Shown: positions 8,781 through 19,428 of the stretch, in pieces
Layout: each line of letters begins with the position of its first letter
How positions within the stretch are numbered: the stretch's first letter is position 1
DNA from: a virus
Direction: 5' to 3' (one strand)
DNA: 64,000 nt
Virus record (IMG/VR): IMGVR_UViG_3300006737_000017
Span: 74,300 to 138,299 of that record
Notes under the pieces: model-generated
What the model was told of the DNA's origin: nothing
What the model saw: only the letters and a program-made list of their open reading frames with translations
The model's database searches: none
Position numbers and translations under genes: made by a program

Positions 8781-9857
8781 ATGATTTATAATATATACCC
8801 AACAAAAGATACGACTGTTTATAATTACTCTGCGAGTATGAATACTGGTCTTGATCCAATATTGGAAATACAAAAAACTACGCCAATACAAGGTTCAAAA
8901 AGTATAGCAAGATCATTTTTACAAGTAGATTGGGAAAAGGGATACGCAGAACTTCAAGCTTTACCTGGCGATTTTACTACGGCTTTTGCTGCATCAAACT
9001 TTTCAAGTAATTTAATCTTACATTCTACAGAAGCAGAAAATATACCTTACTCTTATAAGATAGAAGCAATACCATTAAATCAATCTTGGGAAATGGGTAT
9101 AGGTAAAAGAACGCATACTCCTATAACTGATAAAGGTTGTTCTTGGGGGTTTACCGATCTTTCCGGTTCAACTGAATGGGGTAATGAAGGCGGTTCTCCT
9201 AGTGCAACTATAACTCAAGCAAACATAATGACTCAATCTTTTGAGTTTGAATCGACAGATATAAAAATAGATGTATCCGAATCTTTAGCTGGCTGGCATT
9301 TGAATGCTAGTAATAATAATGGTATAATGCTAAGAATTACTTCTAGCCAAGAATCAGATTCATTAGAATATGGTACATTAAAATTCTTTTCAAAAGATAC
9401 TAATACAATCTATACTCCAAAGTTGCAAATAGGGTGGGACGATTCTATATACTATACTGGTTCAATGGAGAAAGCTGAAACAGATGAAATATTAGTTTAT
9501 ATAAAAAATAATAAATATGAATACAAAGAAAAAGAAGTAATAAGAGTAGAAGTTAGAGCTAGAGATATTTATCCTACACAAACATATGGAACTTCTTCAG
9601 CAGCATTAAAAGATTATTATTTACCAACTGGTTCTTTTTATTCTATAAAAGATGCAGAAACTGAAGAAGCTGTTATTGACTTCGATAGTTCATATACAAA
9701 ATTAAGTTGTTCTGGTTCTGGGCATTATTTCAATTTAGCAATGAATGCTCTACCTTCAGAAAGGCTATATAAAATAATATTAAAAGTAGACAATAGAAAT
9801 TATAATGGTCAAGTAGAATACTTCGACTCTAATCATGTATTCAAAGTAGTTAGGTAA
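8781..9857 (+). CDS. Virion structural protein (DNRLRE-like domain)
   Basis: KDTTVY..N.G....LEI, W..G.G, NNGIML..F.S...T...PKL.I.W pattern. Confidence 0.6.
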   Translation: MIYNIYPTKDTTVYNYSASMNTGLDPILEIQKTTPIQGSKSIARSFLQVDWEKGYAELQALPGDFTTAFAASNFSSNLILHSTEAENIPYSYKIEAIPLNQSWEMGIGKRTHTPITDKGCSWGFTDLSGSTEWGNEGGSPSATITQANIMTQSFEFESTDIKIDVSESLAGWHLNASNNNGIMLRITSSQESDSLEYGTLKFFSKDTNTIYTPKLQIGWDDSIYYTGSMEKAETDEILVYIKNNKYEYKEKEVIRVEVRARDIYPTQTYGTSSAALKDYYLPTGSFYSIKDAETEEAVIDFDSSYTKLSCSGSGHYFNLAMNALPSERLYKIILKVDNRNYNGQVEYFDSNHVFKVVR

Positions 9858-9862
9858 AAGAT

Positions 9863-11509
9863 ATGCCAAGAAAAATATTTTCAATAGAAGACATACAGGA
9901 GATATACAATAAAGAGCGCGTTAATAAAAAACGCCAACAGTCCGAGTATGAAAAAAGTAGAAATCAAGAAAATACAACTGGGCCAACTGCTAATTCTAAC
10001 AATGTAGTTTTAATAAGCAACAGAGAAGAAATTGTAACAGATTTTAATGTATCTGCCGATAGAGAATACTATGATAGAAAATCTTTTGAAAGCACATTTG
10101 ATACAGAGATTGCACAATTAAAAACTGGAGCTCCACCAGTGGAACAAGATCCAGATCCAAGCCCACCACCTGCTCCAACAGTCGTTCAAGTTAGATGTAC
10201 AAATCATCATTGGACATTAGATGGAGGGAAGGGGAGAACTGAAAAAGACAAACCATCTTGGCATCATAATCATCACCCATTAGGTAACAACCCCGATGGT
10301 GGTGCATTAGTAATACCAAATGATCACCCTCTTTTCTTTTTAAGAAGATGTGAACCTGCTGATGCAAGGAGGACTTTTAATTTTGAATGGAAAGTAGATG
10401 GCAAAGTAGTTTCAGAAGCTCCATATTTTCACATGTTTAATGCAAGCGATCAAAAACCCGAAGGCAATTCTTGGAGAAAGGCTCCGGATATTATAGTAGA
10501 AGTAAGAGTTTGGAATGAATCTGGCGAAAAGACTGCAAAGATGAAAATGAGATGTGCAAGCAGCATAGGCGATGATAATCATTTAGAAGATGATGGAAAA
10601 CCAAAACCAAGATGGAAGTGGAAAGGTACAAGATACTTTAGAGAAGAAGAATTTTGGAAAGGTGGTTGGAGAGTTTACACTGATTATCAACTTGACACAA
10701 GGTATAAACCTAGAAAAGTTTATCTTAGCAAAATAACTTTAGAAGATTTTGATAAATTGTCTTACACTAAACCTTCAAAGTTTGCAGCTAAACCTTGGAA
10801 TAATAGTAAAGGTATATCTAAGCAATTATTACCAGAGATGAAAAAGCCAGAAAGAAACGATTCGGACTATGCTCATCATTCTAAGAATTGGTCTAAGTGG
10901 AGAAGAGAACACTCTTCAATATTCCATTCAAGTAGATACAATCCTTGGAACCGTAATAAATTTTCCTTTATAGGTGAAGTATATATAAATGGTGATTGGG
11001 TTACTTTTCCAAAAATTTGGTCTGGGTATGAAAGCGAATCTGCATTAAAGGATAAGTATGACGCAAAAAACTTTATGAGATTAGATGAAGATGGAAATCC
11101 TGCTAAAGTACGCTCTAATACAAAGGACGGGGAAAAAGTTGGAACTACATTAATGCAAAAAATAAATAAGCCTATATTTGTAACAGCACCACTTGGAGAA
11201 GTAGTTAAATTTGGTTTTAAGTATGGATTCAAAAAATCTTCTACAAACAAGGGAGAATTAGAATATGTAATTTTTACAGGCCATAAAGCTCACACAGTAA
11301 AAGAATCAGATGGCGAAAAAGTTTGGTTAAATATAAAATTAAGACCGCATATTATAAAATACGACAAAGACGTTTATGAATACGAAATGCCTGATGGAGA
11401 GGAAAAAACTGACGGAGAATTTACTAAGTCAACAGCAACAAGTAGAAGTGAAAAAGGAACAACTACTAGTAATCGTAGAGATATGAATCGTGGAGGGGGA
11501 GGATACTAA
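9863..11509 (+). CDS. Hypothetical protein (Pro linker, Ig-like segment, basic C-terminal part)
   Basis: 548 aa ORF in the baseplate operon; FEWKVDGKVV Ig-like strand. Confidence 0.65.
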   Translation: MPRKIFSIEDIQEIYNKERVNKKRQQSEYEKSRNQENTTGPTANSNNVVLISNREEIVTDFNVSADREYYDRKSFESTFDTEIAQLKTGAPPVEQDPDPSPPPAPTVVQVRCTNHHWTLDGGKGRTEKDKPSWHHNHHPLGNNPDGGALVIPNDHPLFFLRRCEPADARRTFNFEWKVDGKVVSEAPYFHMFNASDQKPEGNSWRKAPDIIVEVRVWNESGEKTAKMKMRCASSIGDDNHLEDDGKPKPRWKWKGTRYFREEEFWKGGWRVYTDYQLDTRYKPRKVYLSKITLEDFDKLSYTKPSKFAAKPWNNSKGISKQLLPEMKKPERNDSDYAHHSKNWSKWRREHSSIFHSSRYNPWNRNKFSFIGEVYINGDWVTFPKIWSGYESESALKDKYDAKNFMRLDEDGNPAKVRSNTKDGEKVGTTLMQKINKPIFVTAPLGEVVKFGFKYGFKKSSTNKGELEYVIFTGHKAHTVKESDGEKVWLNIKLRPHIIKYDKDVYEYEMPDGEEKTDGEFTKSTATSRSEKGTTTSNRRDMNRGGGGY

Positions 11510-14500
11510 TGGCACAGAAAGATAAAACTTCTATGAATCAAATAGCACCATTGATGAAAGAATTTGATGGTGATAGACATGACAAGTTAAAATCTGTTGA
11601 AAAGGTATTAGATAAGCGTAGCCCAAGAGATGGAGATTTTTTATACTTAAAAGTTTTTAATGGTGAAACTTTATTAAATACTCATTGGCTTAAAATAGCT
11701 GAATACGATTGTATAACTATTCCTAACGAAAGAGAATTATCTGTAGATTGGTATGACCTTTTATTAGATGAACTAAGATATAGCCCTGGTAATTATTCTA
11801 TCGACTATTGCGTAAAAAGGATGGCTTGTTGGCCAAACGAATTTGTTAGAGTAAATGAAATTTCCAAGAATAAAATGGAAATTAGAGTAGATGCAATACA
11901 CGAAGATGCTCTTACTAATATAAGAAAACCTTTAATACAAGGTAAATATTATGCACCACTAGATATATTTCACGAAAGAGAGGGTTTAGTAAAAGCTGTT
12001 TCTTGGGTATACGATGAACACTTTGAAGATGAAACTTTAATCGTAAAGCTAGGCGATAAAATTCCTAGGAAAATTAAAGTTGGAGATGAAATAGAATTAT
12101 GGGATGAAATTTCAAGTGTAAGAAAACTAGATATAATTTTAGAAGTATCACTACCAACAGGTCTAGAACCATACACAGAACTTAGAGGACCGCAAGTAAC
12201 ATTAGATGTTAATACAGAAGTTGGAAAGCCAACTGAATTGGAATCTTGGGAATCTATATTAACAGGATCAGCTGAAGTAAATCAAAACTTGTCAACGAAG
12301 ATATTATCTGGTTCTGGATATGAATTAAATATAGACTACAGAAAATTCGATAATTTTATACATTTCAGTTCTGCAAAGGAAAGGTTGGTAAACTTTGAAT
12401 ACAAGGTTAGATTAGTAGAATACTATGAGTCTAAATCTTTAGGTCACTCAACAAGTTTAACTGGTCAAGCTTCATCCTCAGTTACTGCTTCAGCAATATA
12501 CATTTCTGAATCAGCAAATTACAGTACAGAAAAACAACATATAATAGGAAGCTTTGATCACTTTGAAAAATATCTTTATGAGCAATCTGGTAGTGGGCAT
12601 ACAGAAGATAGTATAGTTTATTATTCTACAACTTGGCCAAAATACGATAACCCAGTTGCAAACGGCTATCCAAAATATATTAACCACTCTTACTCTTCTT
12701 CTGAAGCTCAAACTTGGTTAACTGGTTCTTTCTTATCTGCTTCAAATTACGACGAAAGTAATATGAATATATTAAGAAAAACGATACCAGCAGTTCAAAG
12801 AGCAGATCAAAATAATTCTGGTTTTGTTTTATTTGTAGATATGATTGCTCAACACTTTGATATCTTGTACAATTATATAGACAACTTGAAACACCAAAGA
12901 ACAAGAGATGAAGATCTTAATACTGGTATATCTAAAGATTTACTATTTGAAACATTAAAATCTTTTGGTTGGAAGCCAAAGTCTGGTTTAGATTTAGAAA
13001 AGATTTGGGAATATTGGTTAGGAACAAGTAGAACTGGTGGTTACGCTGGACCAGGAACCACGGCTTGGGATGCTGATAATTCAGCTACATATGCATCAAC
13101 TGCTACTACATCAAGTGCTTGGTCTACAGAACCAACTCCAAAAAGAGATTTAGAATTAGAACCTATTTCAAGAGTTATTAACAACTTACCTTATTTATTA
13201 AAAACTAAAGGTAGTAAGAGAGGTCTTAAAGCATTATTAGCTTGTTATGGTATACCAAGTTCTTTCTTCAAGATTCAGGAATTCGGAGGACCAGATCCAC
13301 AAAGACACACAGCAACAACTTCTTCTCATACAAGAGAGATAGACGTTTCCAATCATGCATTACAATTTCAAGGTGGACTATATAATCAAGATGCAAAAGT
13401 TTGTTTCTTAAGTGGTTCATGGGATAATGCTGATGCAATACAATCTGTAGAATTTAGAATCAAAACCAATTATCAAAATTCTCAATCTTTGTTTGCAACT
13501 AACATAGCTGGTAATGCTCCATCAAGGCAGCAAGTATTTTTATTGCCATCTAAATCAGCAGATGACCCAGATACTAAATATGCCTTTGTTAAGTATATGT
13601 TTGCAGACGTAGATTCAGCAACGTATAAATCGGGATCTCTTGGTAAACTTCCAATATTAGATAATGATTGGTGGAACCTAGCGCTTATCAATGATGACGA
13701 AGGTAAAAAGATAAAATTAGTTTGTCAAAAAGCTCCTGATCATGCAAATGGTAATATAACTCATAAGGATTCTATAGAAATAGATTATTTAGATACAGAT
13801 CAAGGTTATGGATGGGGTCACTCATCGGTAAATGAATGGAGATTTGGAAAGAAATTCCAAGTTACAAATACCCATTTTAATAGTTCTGCATCAAATTGCG
13901 ATTTCTTTTCTGGAAGCTTACAAGAATTAAGATTTTGGTCAAACGAATTAGATGATTATTCTATAGACTTACATACTAGAGCAGCAACATCTATATATGG
14001 AAATTCTTATTCTGGTTCTTTTGACAATCTTGTACTTAGACTTCCATTGGGAACGGATAATAACATAGATCACAATACAGCATCGATAAATACATTTACT
14101 TCAACACACCCAGATCAAACGAAAACTGGTATATCAACTCAAACAGTTTATATGTCTGGGTCATTTGAATGGGAGGATGAAAATGAAACTTATTATGTTA
14201 CTACTCCAAACTCTTTTGGCCTAAGACCAGTATCTAATAAGATTAGAATAGAAGCTAATACTGTAAATGGAACACTAGATCCATTTGAATCTCAAGAGTC
14301 AAGTTCGTCAGATACAAATCCTATAGACTTAGCTGATCTATATGTATCAGTATCTCCACAAGACGATTTAGATTTAGACATAGGTTTACAATATGGCGAT
14401 ATAAATATGGATAACTATGTAGGAGATCCAAGAGAAAAGTATGCAACAGATTATTCTCAACTGAGAAAATTAAGAGCAGATTACTTTAAGAAGTTTACAT

Positions 14501-15288
14501 CAGTTCAAAAGATACAAGCTTATGTAAAAACGCTATCTTATATAAACAATGCATTATTCCAACAAATAGATGCTATGCTTCCAGCAAGAGGAACTAACGT
14601 AGTTGGTTTAATGGTAAAACCCACTTTATTAGAAAGATCAAAAGTTTCACTTGAACCGTCTTTCTCTTTCCAAGAAAATCATTACTTAGGTAAAACCGCA
14701 AGGTCTGATCAAAATCTAGAACACTATACCCAAAGTATAGATGTAATGCCAGATAGGTATATGGAAGAAAGCGATGATTATGATGCAATGTATTATGAAT
14801 TCGAAGATGGGTCTGGTGCTGCACAATGGTTTTCTACTTTAACTGATACTGTAAAAACTGAAGCTGGTCATGAACCAAACCATTATACATTTAACATAGC
14901 AACGATAAATCAAGATGGTACTGGTAGAGATAAAAACTTAGACGGATCACAATTAACAATGTCAGTTGCAGGAGTAATGCCACAAGCATATGATCAACCA
15001 ACTGATAATAAGTATTATCAAATCAGATATTACTACAGCTCTTCTCTTAGCTCTTCATTAAAAAAATGGTATTCATCTTCTTATGAACCAACTCAAATAG
15101 TTCAACAAGACGTATTTTTAGGTTTTAACAATTCGTTTGTAGCAGGTTGTAAGATGACATCACCAGACTTTAATGCCGCAAGCGAGGATACAATAGATGG
15201 TGGTCCAGTAGTAGAATACATAGAAGGAAACCCGAATACACTAATTAGTAAAAATCCAGGCTTATCTGGTGACCTATTAGTTAGATAA
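11509..15288 (+). CDS. Large baseplate wedge protein (gp7-like) with LamG-like domain
   Basis: NLPYLLKTKGS.RGL..LL.CYG motif; SVEFRIKT..WWN..FSGSLQELRFW LamG pattern. Confidence 0.7.
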   Translation: MAQKDKTSMNQIAPLMKEFDGDRHDKLKSVEKVLDKRSPRDGDFLYLKVFNGETLLNTHWLKIAEYDCITIPNERELSVDWYDLLLDELRYSPGNYSIDYCVKRMACWPNEFVRVNEISKNKMEIRVDAIHEDALTNIRKPLIQGKYYAPLDIFHEREGLVKAVSWVYDEHFEDETLIVKLGDKIPRKIKVGDEIELWDEISSVRKLDIILEVSLPTGLEPYTELRGPQVTLDVNTEVGKPTELESWESILTGSAEVNQNLSTKILSGSGYELNIDYRKFDNFIHFSSAKERLVNFEYKVRLVEYYESKSLGHSTSLTGQASSSVTASAIYISESANYSTEKQHIIGSFDHFEKYLYEQSGSGHTEDSIVYYSTTWPKYDNPVANGYPKYINHSYSSSEAQTWLTGSFLSASNYDESNMNILRKTIPAVQRADQNNSGFVLFVDMIAQHFDILYNYIDNLKHQRTRDEDLNTGISKDLLFETLKSFGWKPKSGLDLEKIWEYWLGTSRTGGYAGPGTTAWDADNSATYASTATTSSAWSTEPTPKRDLELEPISRVINNLPYLLKTKGSKRGLKALLACYGIPSSFFKIQEFGGPDPQRHTATTSSHTREIDVSNHALQFQGGLYNQDAKVCFLSGSWDNADAIQSVEFRIKTNYQNSQSLFATNIAGNAPSRQQVFLLPSKSADDPDTKYAFVKYMFADVDSATYKSGSLGKLPILDNDWWNLALINDDEGKKIKLVCQKAPDHANGNITHKDSIEIDYLDTDQGYGWGHSSVNEWRFGKKFQVTNTHFNSSASNCDFFSGSLQELRFWSNELDDYSIDLHTRAATSIYGNSYSGSFDNLVLRLPLGTDNNIDHNTASINTFTSTHPDQTKTGISTQTVYMSGSFEWEDENETYYVTTPNSFGLRPVSNKIRIEANTVNGTLDPFESQESSSSDTNPIDLADLYVSVSPQDDLDLDIGLQYGDINMDNYVGDPREKYATDYSQLRKLRADYFKKFTSVQKIQAYVKTLSYINNALFQQIDAMLPARGTNVVGLMVKPTLLERSKVSLEPSFSFQENHYLGKTARSDQNLEHYTQSIDVMPDRYMEESDDYDAMYYEFEDGSGAAQWFSTLTDTVKTEAGHEPNHYTFNIATINQDGTGRDKNLDGSQLTMSVAGVMPQAYDQPTDNKYYQIRYYYSSSLSSSLKKWYSSSYEPTQIVQQDVFLGFNNSFVAGCKMTSPDFNAASEDTIDGGPVVEYIEGNPNTLISKNPGLSGDLLVR

Positions 15289-15338
15289 AATTAAAGAACA
15301 TGGATATTTATTAGTATAAAAAGAATAGAGGAAATACA

Positions 15339-15986
15339 ATGGGATACTTAGACAATACAAGTTTAACAGTTGATGCAATCCTTACCAAAAAAGGAAGACA
15401 GCTGTTATCAGAGGGCGCATTAGAAATTACAAAATTTGCCCTAGCTGATGATGAAATAGATTATAGATTATGGGATTCTGCTCATTCATTGGGTACGAAT
15501 TACTATGGACAAGCAATAGAAAATATGCCGTTATTAGAAGCATTTGCAAATGAAAATCAAATGATGAGGTATAAGTTAATTAGTTTACCAAAAAACACTA
15601 CTAAACTACCATTAGTACAAGCTGGTCAAACGTCTATATCTCATGTAAGACCTGGTGTACAAACAACAATTATTCCAACAACTGCCAACATAGCAAACGG
15701 AAACAGAACAGCAGGATATACATGTATATTATCAAATTCTGCAATTGCAACACTTACAGTTGCTCCAGGTGGAAACGTAGAACAAGAATCTACATTCTCT
15801 GCAATTGGCGATGATGCTGCAACATCTGTATCTGTAGTTGGAACAAGATTTTTAATTACATCTAAAGTAGTTACTGTAGATACTGCAACTACTATCACAA
15901 TTGTAGGAAATGAAACAGGGGGTTCTTTAACGATACCTTACACTGTTAAGAAAGATCCTGAGTTGGATATAGTAACTAGCGTATAA
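15339..15986 (+). CDS. Baseplate/tail structural protein
   Basis: DAILTKKGRQLL..ITKFALADDEIDY; preceded by GATATTTATT. Confidence 0.65.
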   Translation: MGYLDNTSLTVDAILTKKGRQLLSEGALEITKFALADDEIDYRLWDSAHSLGTNYYGQAIENMPLLEAFANENQMMRYKLISLPKNTTKLPLVQAGQTSISHVRPGVQTTIIPTTANIANGNRTAGYTCILSNSAIATLTVAPGGNVEQESTFSAIGDDAATSVSVVGTRFLITSKVVTVDTATTITIVGNETGGSLTIPYTVKKDPELDIVTSV

Positions 15987-15998
15987 GAGGAATAGAAA

Positions 15999-17108
15999 AT
16001 GGCACAAAGAAGATCAAGACTAAATAAAAGAGCTTTACTAGAAGCAAGAAGTCGTAGAAGATTTAGAGGTATTACTACAAAAACCTATAATAGATTCGAT
16101 GATGAAGATATTATAGAATCAGATGTAGCTAAATCGATTACTTCGGCTTTATGGTCTGACAACGTTAGTACACTTACTACGTTCCATACGTCGTCGACTC
16201 AGTCACCGCATCCATCAACATCTCAATCGTATCAAGCAGAGATATACTCTGTAGATCCTGCAACAAATACTTCATCATCTGTACAATTTAACATTGCTTG
16301 GGGACATTATGCTGGCTCTGGGTCTATTACTTCTTCAGGAGCTTCTGATCAAGGTAATACTCCTTCAAAAGCGGTTTATACTTCTTTTGCAAATCAATTA
16401 CTTGCAGCAGGAGATGATAAATTTACAATAGATACTACAGATAACGATTATATGTATTTTATTACAGTAGCTAGAAATCGTTTCAAAGAAAAGATGAACC
16501 CTAATGGATGGGAATTAAAATTAGACGTTGGTTCTGCAACTTGCCATTTAATAGATGACAGTAGATACAATGCTAATTCTTCTACAAATGGAAACAGGGT
16601 ATACAATATAATTTCGGGTACATTAGCTGCAGGACAATCTGCAACTACAACTAATATGGGGTTATTTTATCCTGATCTTGGTATCTTAGCTATATCTCAT
16701 CAAAATATTAATGCTGTATCTGGTTTTGATATTGCTTCTACAATTACACAAAGTAATTACTCAGTAGCACCAGTAGAACCTTTTGTTGATCCAGTAAAAG
16801 CTATGTTTACAGCAATTTCTGGTTCAGATGGTGCTTATTTCCAAGGAAGAGCAGAAGAAGATATTTCATCAACGCATTATTTTGTAAGAGTTAAAAATTC
16901 AGAATATAATTTTTCAAACAATCCAACCTTCGCAACTACTGTTGGAACATTGCAAAATGCAAGTATGGTTGGTGATCCTTCTGTTTATATTACAACAGTT
17001 GGTTTATATAATGACGAAAATGAATTAGTTGCAACTGCAAAACTTAGCAAACCGCTAAAGAAAACTTTTGCAAGAGAAGCAACAATTAGGGTTAAACTTG
17101 ATTATTAA
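15999..17108 (+). CDS. Baseplate/tail structural protein
   Basis: C-terminal YITTVGLYNDENELVATAKLSKP, tail-collar-like. Confidence 0.65.
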   Translation: MAQRRSRLNKRALLEARSRRRFRGITTKTYNRFDDEDIIESDVAKSITSALWSDNVSTLTTFHTSSTQSPHPSTSQSYQAEIYSVDPATNTSSSVQFNIAWGHYAGSGSITSSGASDQGNTPSKAVYTSFANQLLAAGDDKFTIDTTDNDYMYFITVARNRFKEKMNPNGWELKLDVGSATCHLIDDSRYNANSSTNGNRVYNIISGTLAAGQSATTTNMGLFYPDLGILAISHQNINAVSGFDIASTITQSNYSVAPVEPFVDPVKAMFTAISGSDGAYFQGRAEEDISSTHYFVRVKNSEYNFSNNPTFATTVGTLQNASMVGDPSVYITTVGLYNDENELVATAKLSKPLKKTFAREATIRVKLDY

Positions 17109-17125
17109 TAAGTACAAGCTATGAT

Positions 17126-18952
17126 ATGTCAGAAATTTTCAAAACATTCAAAGGTGGTGAAAAAAAGATTACGCCAACCGTTACCCATAAAGAATGGGAA
17201 GTAGATAAAGAAAACTCTGCAAGCTTAGGTGTTGAATATTTTCAAGGGTTAGCTTATGATCACAAAGCAGCACAAACTGGAAGTTACCAATTCAATACGT
17301 CAGACCCTCATTTCGGCGGCACAGTCAGTAATGCAATAACTACACATAGAGGTAGAGAATATTATTCATACGGAATTCATAAAAGTATAGACCATTTGTA
17401 CTATGGTTTGAATGACAATCCCTATGACTCTTTTTGTAACGATGAACCTCATAAAATGGCAAAGGAATTAGATGGAATAGTTTTTGTTTTATCTATACCG
17501 TCTTCTATATATGGAGAAGAAATAAAACCTGGTAGTTTAATAATAAGCAGATCGTCTTACGTTTTAACAGATGATGGCAAAGGTAATTTAAGAGATTTAT
17601 TAGATACTACTGGTTCAACTGCATCAACTACTTTATCTTCATCTTTGTTATACGCACCCTTTACTGATTACTGGAGACACACTGGAGAATGGTTTAGCCC
17701 TGGCGGTCCAAGATTCGTAGCAACAAGTTCTACTTTTATTGAAGCAGCTGGAGACTATGAAGCTTGTGCATATAATGTAAAATGGTACGGAGATCCAGCT
17801 CATATTAATGGAGCAACAAGAGGACATGTAACTTTTCATGGTTCTCATAGTTTACAAGAAAGCAATTCTATAGATAACCCTTCTGATAGTTCTTTTGTTA
17901 GAATAAAAGGAACGAAAGATTTAGATTTAGAATCTGACTTTGCAATTTCATTATGGGTCAAATGTCCAGAATCTCAATCTGTTTCCGAAAGTTATTCTGG
18001 CCCTTGGGATTATGAAAATGGAACCAATTCTAGAATTACAAGAACGCTAAGAACTGGTAGGCAAAGAAATACCATATTAACAACTAGAGAATGGTGGGGA
18101 AATAATTGTCCTATATCTTTAGAAATAATAAACAGTCTATCTGCAGACAAGGGTAAATTAAGAGTTACATATAAATCTAAAACCGAAGGTTGGATTAACA
18201 ATCTTACTTCAACTAATACCTTTAATGATTCAGAATGGCACCACATCTTACTAACCGTTGGAGGTGGAACTTGTTATTTAATTGTAGATGGTAATACAGA
18301 AGCAAGTGGCGATTACATACCTTCTCACCTTAATACAAGATGGCCAGTAGATATGCATCTGGGAGCAAGACCTTATAATTACAAACAAAGATATAGAAAT
18401 CAACAATATCAAAAGTGGTTTAATCAAAAAGATCAAAAAAATTACATAGATCCTTTTTCTGGGTCAATATCTTCAGTAAGATTATACGATGAATTTATAA
18501 ACCCTAGTAATACTAACTTGATTAATTGTATTAGTGCTAGCGTTAACCAAGACAATTACGTTGGAAATGTTTTCTATGAACATGGTATAGCAACCATAAC
18601 TACGCCAAACAATACAGATGGCGTAAGTTATCAAGTTAACTGGGGTAATGATGCAACAGAAAAGATAACTTTCAAAGGTACACATAAAATAAAAGAACAT
18701 CTTTATATTTGCAATATATTAGATGGAGAATTTAATGCAACGTATAATCCAACTGCAAGAGAAAAGTTTGATGCAAGAAATGATAACTTACAAGCATATA
18801 CTACTCATTCAGAATTTAACCCTTATATCACAACTATAGGTTTGTATAATGATAGTCACGAATTAGTAGCAGTTGGAAAATTAGCTCAACCTATAAAAAA
18901 TCAAGATGATTATGATAACACTTTTCAAATAAGATTTGATACAACAATATAA
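17126..18952 (+). CDS. LamG-domain structural protein, paralogous to the previous gene
   Basis: FAISLWVK..WHHI..FSGSISSVRLY; C-terminal YITTIGLYND..ELVAVGKLAQP. Confidence 0.7.
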   Translation: MSEIFKTFKGGEKKITPTVTHKEWEVDKENSASLGVEYFQGLAYDHKAAQTGSYQFNTSDPHFGGTVSNAITTHRGREYYSYGIHKSIDHLYYGLNDNPYDSFCNDEPHKMAKELDGIVFVLSIPSSIYGEEIKPGSLIISRSSYVLTDDGKGNLRDLLDTTGSTASTTLSSSLLYAPFTDYWRHTGEWFSPGGPRFVATSSTFIEAAGDYEACAYNVKWYGDPAHINGATRGHVTFHGSHSLQESNSIDNPSDSSFVRIKGTKDLDLESDFAISLWVKCPESQSVSESYSGPWDYENGTNSRITRTLRTGRQRNTILTTREWWGNNCPISLEIINSLSADKGKLRVTYKSKTEGWINNLTSTNTFNDSEWHHILLTVGGGTCYLIVDGNTEASGDYIPSHLNTRWPVDMHLGARPYNYKQRYRNQQYQKWFNQKDQKNYIDPFSGSISSVRLYDEFINPSNTNLINCISASVNQDNYVGNVFYEHGIATITTPNNTDGVSYQVNWGNDATEKITFKGTHKIKEHLYICNILDGEFNATYNPTAREKFDARNDNLQAYTTHSEFNPYITTIGLYNDSHELVAVGKLAQPIKNQDDYDNTFQIRFDTTI

Positions 18953-18953
18953 A

Positions 18954-19391
18954 ATGAGTCATTGGTTATATAAAAATAAAATTCTAGAAGAAGCGCCTGA
19001 AGGCGTATTTGGTTTTGTTTATTTAATTACAAACGATAAAACTGGTAAAATGTATATTGGTAGAAAATACTTTGGCAAAACTAGAAGAGTTAAAAAGAAA
19101 GGAAGTAAAAGAAGAAAAGTCATAAGAAAGGATTCAGATTGGAGAACTTATATAGGCAGTTCCAAAACTTTACAAGAAAGCATTCAAAAAAATAAAAAAC
19201 AATTTAATTTCAAGATATTAGCTTTTGGTAAAACGAAAGGTCAAGTTAATTATATAGAAGAAAATTTACATCATAAATTTCATGTAGCAAACTCAAGCAA
19301 GTTCTATAATGATTGCATAGGACCAAGAAGATTTGCAAGAGTAAATCTAGACAAAGAAACTATAAACGTTATAAATAAAATTGCGTTATAA
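18954..19391 (+). CDS. GIY-YIG nuclease (DenA/Seg-like)
   Basis: GFVYLITN..GKMYIGRK..W..Y.GSS..E...N. ATG at 18954 preferred over TTG at 18936. Confidence 0.8.
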   Translation: MSHWLYKNKILEEAPEGVFGFVYLITNDKTGKMYIGRKYFGKTRRVKKKGSKRRKVIRKDSDWRTYIGSSKTLQESIQKNKKQFNFKILAFGKTKGQVNYIEENLHHKFHVANSSKFYNDCIGPRRFARVNLDKETINVINKIAL

Positions 19392-19424
19392 TTTGGATAA
19401 GTCCAAAAAATTTATTATATTGTA
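19391..19424 (+). promoter_or_regulatory. Host-RNAP-type promoter, copy 2
   Basis: 33/34 identity to 639-672; the primase ATG follows 4 nt after the motif. Confidence 0.75.
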
Positions 19425-19428
19425 GTAA

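Noticed and set aside
18954-19391. Intron-encoded homing endonuclease
   Set aside because: It is free-standing between intact genes, with no split gene or intron structure seen.
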